From Eledone cirrhosa (Eukaryota): DNA of 64,000 nucleotides. This document shows positions 1 to 16,732 of this stretch, one piece after another. The stretch spans positions 13,158-77,157 of the forward strand of contig CAXHJY010000876.1 of the NCBI GenBank assembly GCA_964016885.1, written 5' to 3'. Position 1 is the first letter of the stretch. Each line of letters starts with the position of its first letter. The position numbers were made by a program, and so were the translations under genes. The notes below the pieces were generated by a model that ran no database searches, was not told where the DNA came from, and worked only from the letters and a program-made list of their open reading frames with translations.

Positions 1-34
1 ATTGCTGGCCTTGTGCCAAAAGTAGAAACAATTA
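1..34 (+). mobile_element. 3' tail of the same SINE family
   Basis: attgctggccttgtgccaaaagtagaaacaatta matches the SINE 3' end. Confidence 0.75.
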
Positions 35-473
35 TATTGTGCTTTCTTCAAGATGTGTGGTCTTGTATCCATGTTTGAAAGAAAAAAAAATTGTGTAAAT
101 TGTTGCGTGGTTAAGATGTTCGCTTTGCAACCATGTGAATCCATGTTCGATCCTAATGAATGGTACCTTGCGCATGTAACTTCTACCAAAGCCGTGAGTA
201 TAGGTATGTTTTCGCATGCATGCATACACATACATACGTACATACATACCCACACACGCATATATATGTATATAATCATAGAAGAGAAATATATTCGATG
301 CACATGTATGTATATTTCCGGTGGTTTGTTCTAAGCTGTCGTGCAACCTGAACTCAATATTATGCAATACCACCCAAATGTACGAAATTGCATTGTCAGT
401 TTGTGACTGATGAGGAAATTAAATGCGTTTGATCTTTCGTCCCTCGTATTTCGTTTCTTTTTCCTGTGCTACT

Positions 474-1855
<1,382 letters not shown>

Positions 1856-2772
1856 TGTGCGAATGAGAGATCGAACAGAATACATTCCACGAAATTAAAT
1901 GCATCAATGTTGTTTTAAAGACAGAACCGAATGGAAATCAACAAATGTCTTTCTGCAACATGCAATGGAGGAAGCACAGGAAGAAATACGAAATACGCCA
2001 TTTGATGACTCGTATAGTTAGATAGGATTCATCCAATTAGATAACATTTCATTGAGTTAGATAAGTCTTATCCGATTAGATAACATTCATTCAATTACAT
2101 TTCTCCCTGCGCTTTGTATACATCCCGCCATCATCCAGCGACCGTTCTCTACGGAAAAACCTGGCGATGTACCGCCATTGTTGTACGACAGCAGTGAGTG
2201 GTATTGTTTCTAAAGATAAGAACGCTATGGTTGAAGACATCCCCCACCTCCAACACACACACACACACACCAACTTATAGACAAATACACACAGGCATTC
2301 TATTTTCTAATATCGCAGCCATATAACCGCAGCTGTAGCCACAGTCACAGCCAAACGAACATCTTGCATTTTGAATCATATTAACCATAAGACGTTTTAG
2401 TGGATAAAAGCAAGAAATTCAATTAGGCGTTTCCTGAGAGTGACATGGCGGCCAGTATTAACATCATTGTTATCATCACCATGTCGTCTTCAACATCACC
2501 AATACCGTTATCCTCAGAGTACTAGTAGTAGTAGTGTTGGTGCTTTTGCTGTTGGCTTTGGTGTTGATGTTATTCTTATTGCTGTTGATGGTGGTGTAGT
2601 ATTAGTAGTAGTAGTAGTGTTGTTGGACACGTAGAACAGTTGTAGTGGTGGTGGTAGTAGAATTCTTAGTGGAGTTGGTAGTTTTAGTTTTGGTGTTGTT
2701 AATGGTTCTTCCGTTGTTGTTGCTAGTAGCATCAACAGTAGTAGTAGTAATAGCAGTAGTAGTAGCAGCAGC

Positions 2773-2809
<37 letters not shown>

Positions 2810-2978
2810 TCTAAATTTTAAAAAAGAAACATGAAGTTGGTTATACTTTATACAATATAGTTGTTAATGTATTTATTAGTGTTGGTAATGGCGTTGCTGA
2901 TGGTGATAGTAGTGTTGTATATATTTATAAGTATGTATGTATAATACACATACCTACAAATATCACAGGTTTATATAT

Positions 2979-3077
<99 letters not shown>

Positions 3078-4406
3078 TATATAAATAAAATATATATATA
3101 AAAATAAATATATATATATATACTTACAAGTATGTGTATACATAGCTGTATATCTCACCACAGGTATATATATATATATATATATATATATTTCTATCTA
3201 TCTATCTATCTATCTATCTATACATATATATATATATCTATGCCAGAATTACTCCAGGATCCATGATAAAAGGGGAAAGATGGTTCAATCTTTATGAATA
3301 TCGCGTTCAAAAACGTAAAGAAAAAACAAAAAAAGATACAAACGAAAAAATACCGCCCCCACGACCAAACAAAAACAAAACAAAACAACAACAAAAAAAA
3401 AACAAAAAAAAAACAAGCAAAACAACAACAAAAATACCCGACTCTTTCCCTACCATTCCCTTCACAAATCTCTGTAAATCCTGTCTGTCGATTTTTTCCT
3501 TCCCAATTAACTGATATTCATCAGAAGCTTTTATGCTGTTCACAAACTATTTCGGTGTATGGCGAGATTGTTCCTCGCCAAAAATTGTGTCCTCGCCTCA
3601 AGCTAAGTGTTGTAGTTACTTCAAACCCAAACCAATGGAATCATTAATGATAGATATTGTATATATCCAGTTAGTCTACCTGCTATTCTATCACCCACAC
3701 ATCTCTCTTTCCCCCTTTTCTCCTTCTCTCCCCCCCTCTCTCTCTCTCTTACACACTCTCTCAAACTGACATACACACACAGTCTTTCTCACTAACATGT
3801 CCTCTCTCACTCTCTTACACACTCTCTCAAACTGACATATACACAGTCTCTCTCACACACGCACTCTTTCTCTGTCTCTCTCTTACTCTCTCAAATTGAC
3901 ATACACACACACTCTCAAGTCCACTCTTTCTCCATTTCTCTCTCTCTCTCTCAGCCCTCTCATGCACATTCCCTCATACTCTCCCTCTCACTACATCCCT
4001 CTCTCTCATAAACTTTCTCTCACACTCTCATCCCCTCTCACTTCAAAGCTCCCTTTCTTACACGTACTCTTTTTTAATCTCTCTCTCTCTCTCTCTCTCA
4101 CACACTCACACACTCTCCCTATCTCTCTCTTTCTCACACACTCACACACTATCTCTCTCTCTCACACACACTCATACACTCTCCCTATCTCTCTCTCTCT
4201 CACACACTCACACACTCTCCCTATCTCTCTCTCTCACACACACTCATACACTCTCCCTATCTCTCTCTCTCACACTCACACACACACACACACTCTCCCC
4301 CTCTCTCTCACACACACACTCAAACACTCTCTCTCTCTCTATCACACACACTCACCCCCCTCTCTCTCTTTCACACACACACACTCACACTTCTCGTTCT
4401 CACATG

Positions 4407-4447
<41 letters not shown>

Positions 4448-4838
4448 CCTCTCTCTTTCACACACACACACGCACACTCATCTCTCTTTCTCTCTTTTTC
4501 TGATTATTAATCATTACTTGTATTCTTAAGATTTGCTTATTCTATCATTCTTGCAATTTGGTTATTTTTCCATTCTTTCCATTAGCTCATTCTTTCATTC
4601 TTTTGATTTACTCATTCCTTCATTCTTTAGATTCGTTTATTCTTACATTCTGTTAATACAATAATGTTTCTTTACTTATTCGGTCCATTTCATAATCATT
4701 TGTCTTCATTTATGTCGTCTACGAACAACGTATATGTATATACATATATGTATATATATATATATGCATGTATATATATATATATATATATATGCATGTA
4801 TATATGTATGTATGTATTCTTTTGATATATATGTGTAC

Positions 4839-4900
<62 letters not shown>

Positions 4901-4984
4901 AAAGGTAAACAGAAATAACAACACAATCGGTACAGTATATGGAAGGGATATATTAGGTTAACGCTTGATATAGCAGGAAGAGGG

Positions 4985-5021
4985 TCTTAACGTTTCGGAC
5001 ATTAGTCCTTCATCAGAAGAA
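4985..5021 (-). ncRNA. Minimal type-I hammerhead ribozyme (inverted copy)
   Basis: Minus strand reads ttctt-CTGATGA-a-ggac-taat-gtcc-GAAAC-GTT-aaga. Confidence 0.8.
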
Positions 5022-5227
5022 AGAATGAAAAATAAGATAGATTGAGGGGACGGGTGGGATGGAATTGGAAAAAATGTCTTCAGATAGAAAAGATTTGAGA
5101 TTGGGCATATTGAAGGTACGAGGGTGGGAGTGAAAAATAGACGGGTGAGAAGAAGAAGGTGGTGTCTAAAGACATTTTTCCCAATTCCAGCCCGCCCGTC
5201 CCTTCAATCTATCTTATTTCTTATTCT

Positions 5228-5265
5228 TTCTTCTGATGAAGGACTAGCGTCCGAAACGTTAAGAA
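5228..5265 (+). ncRNA. Minimal type-I hammerhead ribozyme
   Basis: ttctt-CTGATGA-a-ggac-tagc-gtcc-GAAAC-GTT-aagaa: stem I ttctt/aagaa, stem II ggac/gtcc, and a loopless palindromic stem III (AACGTT). Confidence 0.8.
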
Positions 5266-5341
5266 TCTCTTTCTGCTATTTCAAGCGTTAACCTAATATA
5301 TTCCTTCCATATACTGTACCGATTATGTTGTTATTTCTGTT

Positions 5342-5385
<44 letters not shown>

Positions 5386-5491
5386 AGATTCAGGACCCTG
5401 ACGGCTGAGCTCCGGCCATTTCGACAGCTAGATTCGAACTAAAGCGCCAGTATTTCAAGGGCGGGAATCTAGCTGAACTTATCACGGTATA

Positions 5492-5534
<43 letters not shown>

Positions 5535-5801
5535 TAGAGAGAGAGAGAGAGAGAGGTGGTGGTAAGAGAGTGAGAAGTAAAATCCCCAAAGCGGTGCCAA
5601 ACTCTCAGCACCGCCACTACTCTCTCCCCACCTCTCTCTCTCCCCCACCTCTGTCTCTCACTCACTCACACACACACAGTCACACACACATACACACGCA
5701 CACACATGTATACAGGTGTGGGTTCAAATGAACGGAAAGATCTATCAACAGTGGAAGTTGATAGATCTTATATCTATGTATGTATATACATAGATATACG
5801 C

Positions 5802-5858
<57 letters not shown>

Positions 5859-5978
5859 TCATTCATATATACACAGTTATATGTATATATATATACATAT
5901 ATGTATATATATATATCATCATCATCATCATCATCATCATCATCTTCGTTTAACGTCTATCTTCCACACTAGCATGGG

Positions 5979-6079
<101 letters not shown>

Positions 6080-6727
6080 TGTGTGTGTGTGTTTGCAAGC
6101 AGGTGGAATGCCAGTTTTGAAAAAAAAATCAGTTCAGTCAACTAATTCATAATAATTTATATCTGGAAGTGTTTCCTTCACAAAACTAATCAGATAATTC
6201 GTTTAAAATAGATAACTTATAAATCACAGTACGTTTGTCTTATATATGTGTCAATCCTAGTGTGAGAGAGGCATTGAAAGGTAGAGGGAGAGTGAAAGGG
6301 AGTGTGATGTAGAGAGAAGGCAGAGAGAGAGGCGGAGAGAGAATATGAGAGAGGGAGAATAGGGAAGAGGTAGAGAGAGAGAGAGAGAAAGGAAAAAAAA
6401 TGTATGTGTATAGGTGTCTGCGAGTGCGTATCTAGGGAGTTTATACATGCATACATACATACATATATATACATTTATATATATGTGTGTATATATATAT
6501 ATATATTAGAAAGTGAGGTTTTTTTTACAAAACGAAAAATAACCGAGGTGTCCTACACGAGTGAAAGTATAAAGAAAAAGTGTGATGTGAGAAAAACCAC
6601 AGACCCTCCATCTCAACTCACCTTTTGAAAAGCAGAAGAACTGCGAAACCGGTAAAGGAACCAAATAAATATATATATTTAAAAAAAAAATAAGACTCCA
6701 GTTGCATTTTCGATTTCATCTCTTTTT

Positions 6728-6811
<84 letters not shown>

Positions 6812-6879
6812 ATACATGTATGTATAAATCTTCTTTCTTAAAACCACCTAATGCATTTTGAACTTTATATATATATATA

Positions 6880-6922
<43 letters not shown>

Positions 6923-7223
6923 CATATACAATAAGGCGGTGCCCCAGCATGGCCGCTATCTAATGACTGAAACCAGTAATAAGTGTATTTAAAAATACGA
7001 GGAAAGCACAAACGGGCGACATTCCCATCATCAGTTGTCTGCTGGAGATCACGGACATTTCAACGCATTATATAAGTATTTATGTATGTATGAATGTGTT
7101 TCTATGTGTGTGTGCGTATATGTATATGCATACACTCACATATAACGATACCAATACACACACTCCACATGTGTTTCTACTCGTTATTTAAACTACCTAA
7201 CGGTTTTCTCGTTTTCCCTCTTC

Positions 7224-7255
<32 letters not shown>

Positions 7256-7425
7256 GGACCTTTTTTTTTTGTTTCTCTATTGTGATCCTGTCTCTATTTC
7301 TTACTCCTGAAGAAAGGTTTAAGTCCGACACGTCGAACTCTCCTACCTCTTTCCAATATAAAGCGTGAAACTAATAAGACTTTTGTCTCCTTGAACTATA
7401 TATATATATTTATATACACCCACAA

Positions 7426-7479
<54 letters not shown>

Positions 7480-7492
7480 ACACACACCCACA

Positions 7493-7537
<45 letters not shown>

Positions 7538-7640
7538 CCAGGTAGTGTAAGGTGAAATTACTATAGGTTCACCCAGGTGAGCACTCGACGTTTCGGTTCA
7601 CGTCAGTGGCGAGGTGTAGAGCTAGACAGAGTGTAATATA

Positions 7641-7734
7641 ATAATTGTTTCTACGTTTTGGAACAAGGCCAGCAATTACCCAGTGCATTGCTGGTACTTT
7701 ATTTTATCGACCCCCTAAGGATGAAAGGCAAAGT
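7641..7734 (-). mobile_element. Partial SINE
   Basis: Reverse complement of the 3' half of the 11779-family SINE. Confidence 0.8.
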
Positions 7735-8309
7735 AATAATGCAAGGACAATTTATTAAGCCTTCATTACGTTTATTAATTGATGACGCGCGTTTCGCTAT
7801 TGATCAGCTGAAGGTTCGATCTGTATCGATCTGGCCCGAATCTGGAATCAAAAGCTCGTTGGACTTCTGCTGTTGTAATATATATATAAGGGACAGATAA
7901 AACAAAATGAAATACGGTAAAATCAGAGAATAATAGTTTAACGCTTGGAAGTAAAAGTCAGAGAAAGTCAGTTCTTAATGGATTAGGCTATGTTCTTCAT
8001 TAGATGGTAGGTAGAGGAAGAAACAACGTAGGTAAAAGAGAATTAAGGCTCAGAGGCGGTTGAGAAGAAAGCCTGTATATATCGTTGCTAAGATACTATA
8101 TGAAAAGCACGTTCGTGTGGCTCTCTGCTCGTCTTACTCTCTGCAATCCTTCGATTTAAAACAATTCGAACTTTTATGGATCCTCTGAAGTTCCAGTGCC
8201 TTGATTACACTACCTGCATAAATATATGCACACCTTGGCTCGCATATCTATATATACACATACACACACATACATACATACACACACAATACACACAAGC
8301 ATACATTCT

Positions 8310-8345
<36 letters not shown>

Positions 8346-8415
8346 TACACACATGCAGACACATACATACATGCAGATACACACATGCATACTTAAAGGC
8401 ATGCACACATTCACT

Positions 8416-8484
<69 letters not shown>

Positions 8485-8486
<2 letters not shown>

Positions 8487-8675
8487 CGAAGGAAATGTGG
8501 TAAGGAACCAGGTGGACCATAACGCACCAAAGTACTCAATACTTGGGGTAGCAGAGTGGGTAATAGGATTCAGTAAGACCCCAACGGCTGAGCTCAAGCC
8601 GTTTCGACGGCTAATTCTGGACTCAGAATTAGCCGTCGAAACGGCTTGAGCTCAGCCGTCGGGGTCTTACTGGTT

Positions 8676-8680
<5 letters not shown>
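8485..8680. mobile_element. Penelope-like family A terminus with fold-back hairpin (centre 8620-8623)
   Basis: The 57-bp arms contain the hammerhead 3' half GAAAC-ggc-ttgagctca-gcc-GTC. Relatives lie at 5382-5492, 29439-29573, 29617-29740, 29897-29967, 35720-35775 and 48266-48455, all beside (TA)n. Confidence 0.75.
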
Positions 8681-8711
<31 letters not shown>

Positions 8712-9777
8712 TACATACACGCATGCAGGCACACACATGCACACACAATACACACATGCACACATTCACTCACATATATATACATATACACACACACAAT
8801 ACACACATGCATACACACATGCGCAGACAAATACGTACACACACAGATACACACACACCTCTGCACACATGCACGCATATATACTCTCTTTTAATACTCT
8901 CCCAGTCATCTCCACTCAAATTCAAACTCTCTCAAAACCATTTCCCACAATTCCTCACGGGATGTGCTTCACCCTATAAATTGTACAACCGTTATCTTCC
9001 TCTCTGCCAACACCACTGTTGTCTTTTTTAATGGCTTCTCCTGGCAGAAAATTCACCGAAAACAAAATGACTAGCAACTGGCACTTACCATTTCTCTTAA
9101 GCCTGCAAAGATTATCAACGCTTTCAAGTGAAACTGTAATAATTCAAAATCAAAAAATAATATCTCCTTAAAATCAAAATTTACCGTAATAGTAATAAAA
9201 ACCAAATAGAATTTTTTTTTATGAAATAAAAATACTCCCCCAAAATAAAAAAAAAAAAAAAAATAATAATAAATAATAAATTAATATAAAAAAAATAAAT
9301 AACATTATCATACGTTCAAATCGCAAATTTCTCGTTAAAAAAAAAGCAATCTTCAAATCTTGCCATAAAAATCAATATTTTAAAACAAACAAACAACGAA
9401 ACATACCAAAATATAGTAATAAAAGGTGAACTGTATCGTTAAAACTAAAATAAAATGAAAAGAACACCCCCCGAAAAACAGGAAAATATTTAGTATTTGA
9501 GGTAATATATTATGAAAAGTTAGAAAAATGTGTGTAACAAACACAATGTTATATAATTAATTCATAATTTACATAATTTCTTGTTTCAATATTTTCACAC
9601 GAGTAAACTAGTCAAACAACAACAACAACAAAAAGAAAGAAAAAATAATAAACCCTCCAAAAAAGCAACGAAAAATAAAACCATAAAATTTCAAATGAAT
9701 AAAACAAAACATTCTCTTTCCTAAACACACACACATACACACACATACACACATACACACACATATATATACACACG

Positions 9778-9849
<72 letters not shown>

Positions 9850-9980
9850 CACACATATATATACACATATATATACACACATACACACACATACACATAC
9901 ACACACATGCACAGATATATATACACACATACACACACATACACATACACACACGTGGACACACACACACACACACACGT

Positions 9981-10050
<70 letters not shown>

Positions 10051-10384
10051 CCACATACACATACATATACACACATATACGCACACATATACACACATAC
10101 ACGCACATACACATAGTATACACACACATGCGCACACACATACACATATACACACACATACACACATACACATACACACACACATAACATACACACACAT
10201 AAAACACATATACACACACATGCACACACATACACACACATATACACATACACACACACATAACATACACATACATGAAAACACATACACACACACATAT
10301 ACCAACGTGACCACTATTACCACACTACAACCATCACCACCAACAACACCACCACCACTGTTCTCACCACTACCGCAGCCGCCG

Positions 10385-11665
10385 CCGTCATTGACACCTA
10401 TACCACCACCGACACCAACACCTATACCCCCACCGTCACCAACACCTATACCCCCACCCACACCAACACCTATACCCCCACCCACACCAACACCTATACC
10501 CCCACCGTCACCAACACCTATACCACCACCGTCACCAACACCTATACCACCACCCACACCAACACCTATACCACCACCCACACCAACACCTATACCACCA
10601 CCCACACCAACACCTATACCACCACCGTCACCAACACCCATACCACCACCCACACCAACACCTATACCCCCACCGTCACCAACACCTATACCACCACCCA
10701 CACCAACACCTATACCACCACCGTCACCAACACCTATACCACCACCCACACCAACACCTATACCCCCACCGTCACCAACACCTATACCTCCACCGTCACC
10801 AACACCTATACCACCACCCACACCAACACCTATACCACCACCGTCACCAACACCTATACCACCACCGTCACCAACACCTATACCCCCACCGTCACCAACA
10901 CTTCGCCACTACCACAGCCACCAACACCTATACCACCACCGACACCAACACCTATACCACCACCGACACCAACACCTATACCACCACCCACACCAACACC
11001 TATACCTCCATCGTCACCAACACCTATACCGCCACCCACACCAACACCTATACCACCACCGTCACCAACACCTATACCACCACCGTCACCAACACCTATA
11101 CCACCACCCACACCAACACCTATACCACCACCCACACCAACACCTATACCACCACCCACACCAACACCTATACCCCCACCGTCACCAACACCTATACCCC
11201 CACCGTCACCAACACCTATACCCACACCAACACCTATACCCCCACCGTCACCAACATTTATACCACCACCCACACCAACACCTATACCACCACCGTCACC
11301 AACACCTATACCCCCACCGTCACCAACACCTATACCACCACCCACACCAACACCTATACCCCCACCGTCACCAACACCTATACCACCACCGTCACCAACA
11401 CCTATACCACCACCCACACCAACACCTATACCACCACCCACACCAACACCTATACCACCACCGTCACCAACACCTATACCCCCACCGTCACCAACACCTA
11501 TACCACCACCCACACCAACACCTATACTACCACCCACACCAACACCTATACCACCACCCACACCAACACCTATACCCCCACCCACACCAACACCTATACC
11601 ACCACCGTCACCAACACCTATACCCCCACCCACACCAACACCTATACCACCACCGTCACCAACAC
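10385..11665. repeat. 24-bp minisatellite ccaacacctataccMccacc(gtca|caca)
   Basis: About 50 tandem units with variant interspersion. Confidence 0.9.
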
Positions 11666-11778
11666 CCCCTGCCGCCACCACGCCTGCCATCCCACCAACC
11701 ACGTATCCCCACCCCCCTAAATAAAGTTCTATGGTTATATAGTCTTGCTTGAACTGCCCTTCAGTTATACTTCATTAT

Positions 11779-12518
11779 GGTCGGACGCCATGCTTTGACG
11801 CATAGAGTTACGGCCCTTGTCATTCTGAGTTCAAATCCCGCCGAGGTTAACTTTGCCTTTCATCCTTACGGGGTCGAAAAAATAAAGTACCAGTAATGCA
11901 CTGGGTAATTGCTGGCCTTGTGCCAATAGTAGAAACAATTATATTTGTGGATTGGCAGTATCGGTAGAGGGTCGGACGCCATGCTTTGACGCATAGACTC
12001 ACGACCCTTGCCATTCTGAGTTCAAATCCCGCCGAGGTTAACTTTGCCTTTCATCCTTACGGGGTCGATAAAATAAAGTACCAGTAATGCACTGGGTAAT
12101 TGCTGGCCTTGTGCCAATAGTAGAAACAATTATATTTGTGGATTGGCAGTATCGGTAGAGGGTCGGACGCCATGCTTTGACGCATAGACTCACGACCCTT
12201 GCCATTCTGAGTTCAAATCCCGCCGAGGTTAACTTTGCCTTTCATCCTTACGGGGTCGATAAAATAAAGTACCAGTAATGCACTGGGTAATTGCTGGCCT
12301 TGTGCCAATAGTAGAAACAATTATATTTGTGGATTGGCAGTATCGGTAGAGGGTCGGACGCCATGCTTTGACGCATAGACTCACGACCCTTGCCATTCTG
12401 AGTTCAAATCCCGCCGAGGTTAACTTTGCCTTTCATCCTTACGGGGTCGATAAAATAAAGTACCAGTAATGTACTGAGTAATTGCTGGTCTTGTGCCAAA
12501 AAGTAGAAACAATTATAT
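11779..12518 (+). mobile_element. Head-to-tail array of about 3.9 tRNA-derived SINE copies (191-bp period)
   Basis: The same ggtcggacgcc position recurs at 11779, 11970, 12161 and 12352. Units have box A-like tggcagtatcggtag, box B-like gagttcaaatccc and a Nin-domain-like gcctttcatccttacggggtcgataaaataaagtaccag. Confidence 0.9.
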
Positions 12519-12635
12519 TTCTGTTTTGTTTATGTGTGGCACATTCGTGCAAGATTTGGAAATGGGGGAGAAATCCTATAAACCGCTTCTGCTATAAAAA
12601 CAACGCCCTTGGATATTAATTTCATAATTTCTTTG

Positions 12636-12800
12636 TTATCCGCCATCTGAAATACATTAGAACCAGTGAGTCTATCGTTGGCAACCTGTATTATCCGCCA
12701 TCTGAAATACATTAGAACCAGTGAGTCTATCGTTGGCAACCTGTATTATCCGCCATCTGAAATACATTAGAACCAGTGAGTCTATCGTTGGCAACCTGTA
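12636..12800. repeat. 55-bp tandem repeat x3
   Basis: cgccatctgaaatacattagaacc recurs at 12641, 12696 and 12751. Confidence 0.9.
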
Positions 12801-12902
12801 AAAAACAAGGTATTGTTAAAATGCATGGTATAAAATGTGAAATATATCATCATCATCATCACCATCATCATGATAAATAACGTCATTGTCATTGTCATCG
12901 TG

Positions 12903-12933
<31 letters not shown>

Positions 12934-13077
12934 CCAGTACCATCATCGTTGATATTATCATCGTCGTTATCATCATTATCATCATCATCATCATCATCAT
13001 CAATCACCAATCATCATCATCATCATCATCATCATCACTGTTCACCATCATCATTGTCATAATAAATAACGTCATCG

Positions 13078-13110
<33 letters not shown>

Positions 13111-13355
13111 CCACCCCACCATCATCATCATCATCATCATCATTATCATCATCACCACCACCACCATCACCACCATCATTATCACCATCATTATCATCAT
13201 CATCACCACCACCACCATCACCACCACCACCATCATTATCATCATGATCACCACCACCACCATCATCATCATCATCACCACTGTTTACTATCATCATTGT
13301 CATCATAAATAACGTCATCGTCATCATCATCATCATCGTCATCATCACCATCACA

Positions 13356-13660
13356 TTGTCGTGGGACCAGCACAACCACCGTACAGGGTTCACTCAGTGC
13401 TTTTTGTCGTGGGACCAGCACAACCACGGTACAGGGTTGACTCAGTGATTTTTGTCGTGGCACCAGCACAACCACCGTACAGGGTTCACTCAGTGCTTTT
13501 TGTCGTGGCACCAGCACAACCACGGTACAGGGTTGACTCAGTGATTTTTGTCGTGGGACCAGCACAACCACCTGATAGGGTTCACTCAGTGCTTTTTGTC
13601 GTGGCACCAGCACAACCCCCTGATAGGGTCGACTGAGCTAGTTTTCTTGTGGCACCAACA
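13356..13660. repeat. 48-bp tandem repeat x about 6 with alternating A/B variants
   Basis: gtgg(g/c)accagcacaacc recurs at 13361, 13409, 13457, 13505, 13553 and 13601, with a decayed start at 13649. Confidence 0.9.
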
Positions 13661-13739
13661 TTACCATCTAACAAGATGGTTTGGGTTCTTTCTCTTTGCA
13701 GAGAGGACTGGGTGCATATTAAAAGCAAAGCATGTTACT

Positions 13740-14277
13740 GCAACCACCAACACCACCACCAACACCACCAACACCACCACCAACAACAACACCACCACCA
13801 CCACCAACACCACCCATACCATCAACACCACCAACACCAACACCACCACCACCACCAACACCACCACCACCACCAACAACACCACCACCAACACCACCAC
13901 CACCACCACCACCAACAACAGACAACAACAACAACACCACCACCAACACCACCAACACCGCCACCAACACCACCACCACCACAAACACCACCACCAACAA
14001 CAACAACACCACCACCACCACCACCACCACCAATAATAACAACAACATCACCAACACCACCACCAACACCACCACCAACAACACCACCACCACCAACAAC
14101 AACAACAACGCCACCAACACCGCCACCGCCACCAACACCGCCACCAACACCACCACCAACACCACCACCAACAACACCACCACCAACAACAACAACAACA
14201 ACGCCACCAACACCGCCACCAACACCGCCACCAACACCACCACCACCACCAACACCGCCACCGACAACAACAACACC

Positions 14278-14309
<32 letters not shown>

Positions 14310-14712
14310 CACCACCACCAACACCGCCACCAACAACAACAACACCACCACCAACACCACCACCACCACCACCAACACCACCAACACCGCTACCAACAAC
14401 AACAACACCAACACCACCACCACCACCACCAACACCACCAACACCGCTACCAACAACAACAACACCACCACCACCACCACCACCACTAACACCACCACCA
14501 CCACCACCACAAACACCACCACCAACAACAACAACACCACCACCAACACCACCACCACCACCACCAACACCGCCACCAACAACAACAACACCACCACCAA
14601 CACCACCACCACCACCACCAACACCACCACCACCACCACCAGCAACAACAACACCACCACCACCACCAACACCACCAACACCATCACCACCAGCAACAAC
14701 AACAACAACAAC
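13740..14712. repeat. (CAC/CAA)n compound trinucleotide tract
   Basis: Direct reading of the sequence. Confidence 0.9.
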
Positions 14713-14986
14713 ATGAACTTAGAATAAACAGCAAAATGAACATCAATAACAACAGCAGCTGCCTGGACATTAATTTCAGTATCAGTAATTGATGTCCAAC
14801 GATTAATTACTCCTCCTCATCCCCCTCCTCCCCCCTCCTCCTCCCCATCATCATCATCATCATCATCACCATCATTCACTCTCTCTCTCTCTCTCTCTTA
14901 CACACACAGACACACATTCTCTCTCTCTCTCCACCCCTCTCTCTCACTCTCTCTCTCTCTCTCTGGGGAGGTATATATAATCATAC

Positions 14987-15057
<71 letters not shown>

Positions 15058-15067
15058 CATACCTCCA

Positions 15068-15131
<64 letters not shown>

Positions 15132-15137
15132 CCTCCA

Positions 15138-15215
<78 letters not shown>

Positions 15216-15244
15216 ATATATATATATAGATACATACCTCCATA

Positions 15245-15308
<64 letters not shown>

Positions 15309-15314
15309 CCTCCA

Positions 15315-15416
<102 letters not shown>

Positions 15417-15440
15417 CATATATACATATACATACCTCCA

Positions 15441-15530
<90 letters not shown>

Positions 15531-15679
15531 CCTCTATATCTATTTCTCTCTATATATCTTCACACCATTTTCTCTCTCTTTCTTTATATATATATGAATG
15601 TTTATATGTATATATATATAAATATATATATACATACCTCTATATCTTTATCTCTCTCTCTATATATATCTTCATACCA

Positions 15680-15720
<41 letters not shown>

Positions 15721-15928
15721 ACTCCACCACTCCTCTCTATCTATCAACACCCTTCTCTCTCTTCTCTTCGCCCCACTCTCCGCACTCTCTCTCCCCAGAC
15801 AGCACTAGTTTCAATAATTAGAAAATTGGTGAAAATTACTTGATAGACCTGATTCTCATTAAACCAAGTGTGGTTTTGATATGGAATACCCCCTCTCTCT
15901 CTCTTCCCCACTCACACGTGTGCATGTG

Positions 15929-16114
<186 letters not shown>

Positions 16115-16298
16115 CATATATGTATATATATGTATATATATATGTATATATATATACATATATATATATACATATACATATATATATGCATATATATACA
16201 TATACATATATACATATATATATATATATACATATATACATATATACATATATATACATAATAAATACACACATATATACATACATATTCACACATAC

Positions 16299-16350
<52 letters not shown>

Positions 16351-16375
16351 GTGTGTGTGTATGTGTATGTGTATA

Positions 16376-16415
<40 letters not shown>

Positions 16416-16696
16416 TATATACATACACATACACATACACACACACACATATATATATACAGACGTGCATATAACATACTCAGATGTATACACATTTTTT
16501 CACGTGTTAATAGTTTGAGTGGTGGTTGTAGTGGTGGTGTGGTTTCAGTGATGGTGGTCATAGTGGTAGTGGTTGTTGTGTTGGTGTTTGTAGTGGTGGT
16601 GGTTGCGGTGTTGTTTCTAGTTGTAGCGGTGTTTGTAATTGTAGTGGTAGGGGTGGTGGCTGTTGTGTTGATTAGGTATTTGAGAAAACAGAGTAC

Positions 16697-16732
<36 letters not shown>

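Larger units (their letters stand above)
4902..5347. mobile_element. Penelope-like fold-back element: about 180-bp inverted arms (4902-5080 / 5169-5347) in (TA)n, each with a hammerhead
   Basis: The arms are reverse complements, the flanks are (TA)n and both arms contain hammerhead cores. Confidence 0.8.

Noticed and set aside
7750-8010. Further hammerhead-like remnants (also about 28270, 28480, 37985 and 52095)
   Set aside because: The cores are too degenerate to call individually.
10220-11752. Extensin-like PTPIPPP, His-rich and Gly-rich ORFs
   Set aside because: A 24-bp minisatellite open on both strands, with an internal frameshift and no credible start, signal peptide or splice context.
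11947-12035. tRNA genes suggested by box A/B motifs
   Set aside because: These are SINE heads with no full cloverleaf.
12636-13660. CRISPR-like look of the 55-bp and 48-bp repeats
   Set aside because: They are contiguous tandem units without unique spacers, there are no cas genes, and the context is eukaryotic.
13649-14727. Pro/Thr mucin-like ORFs
   Set aside because: A (CAC/CAA)n tract open in multiple frames.
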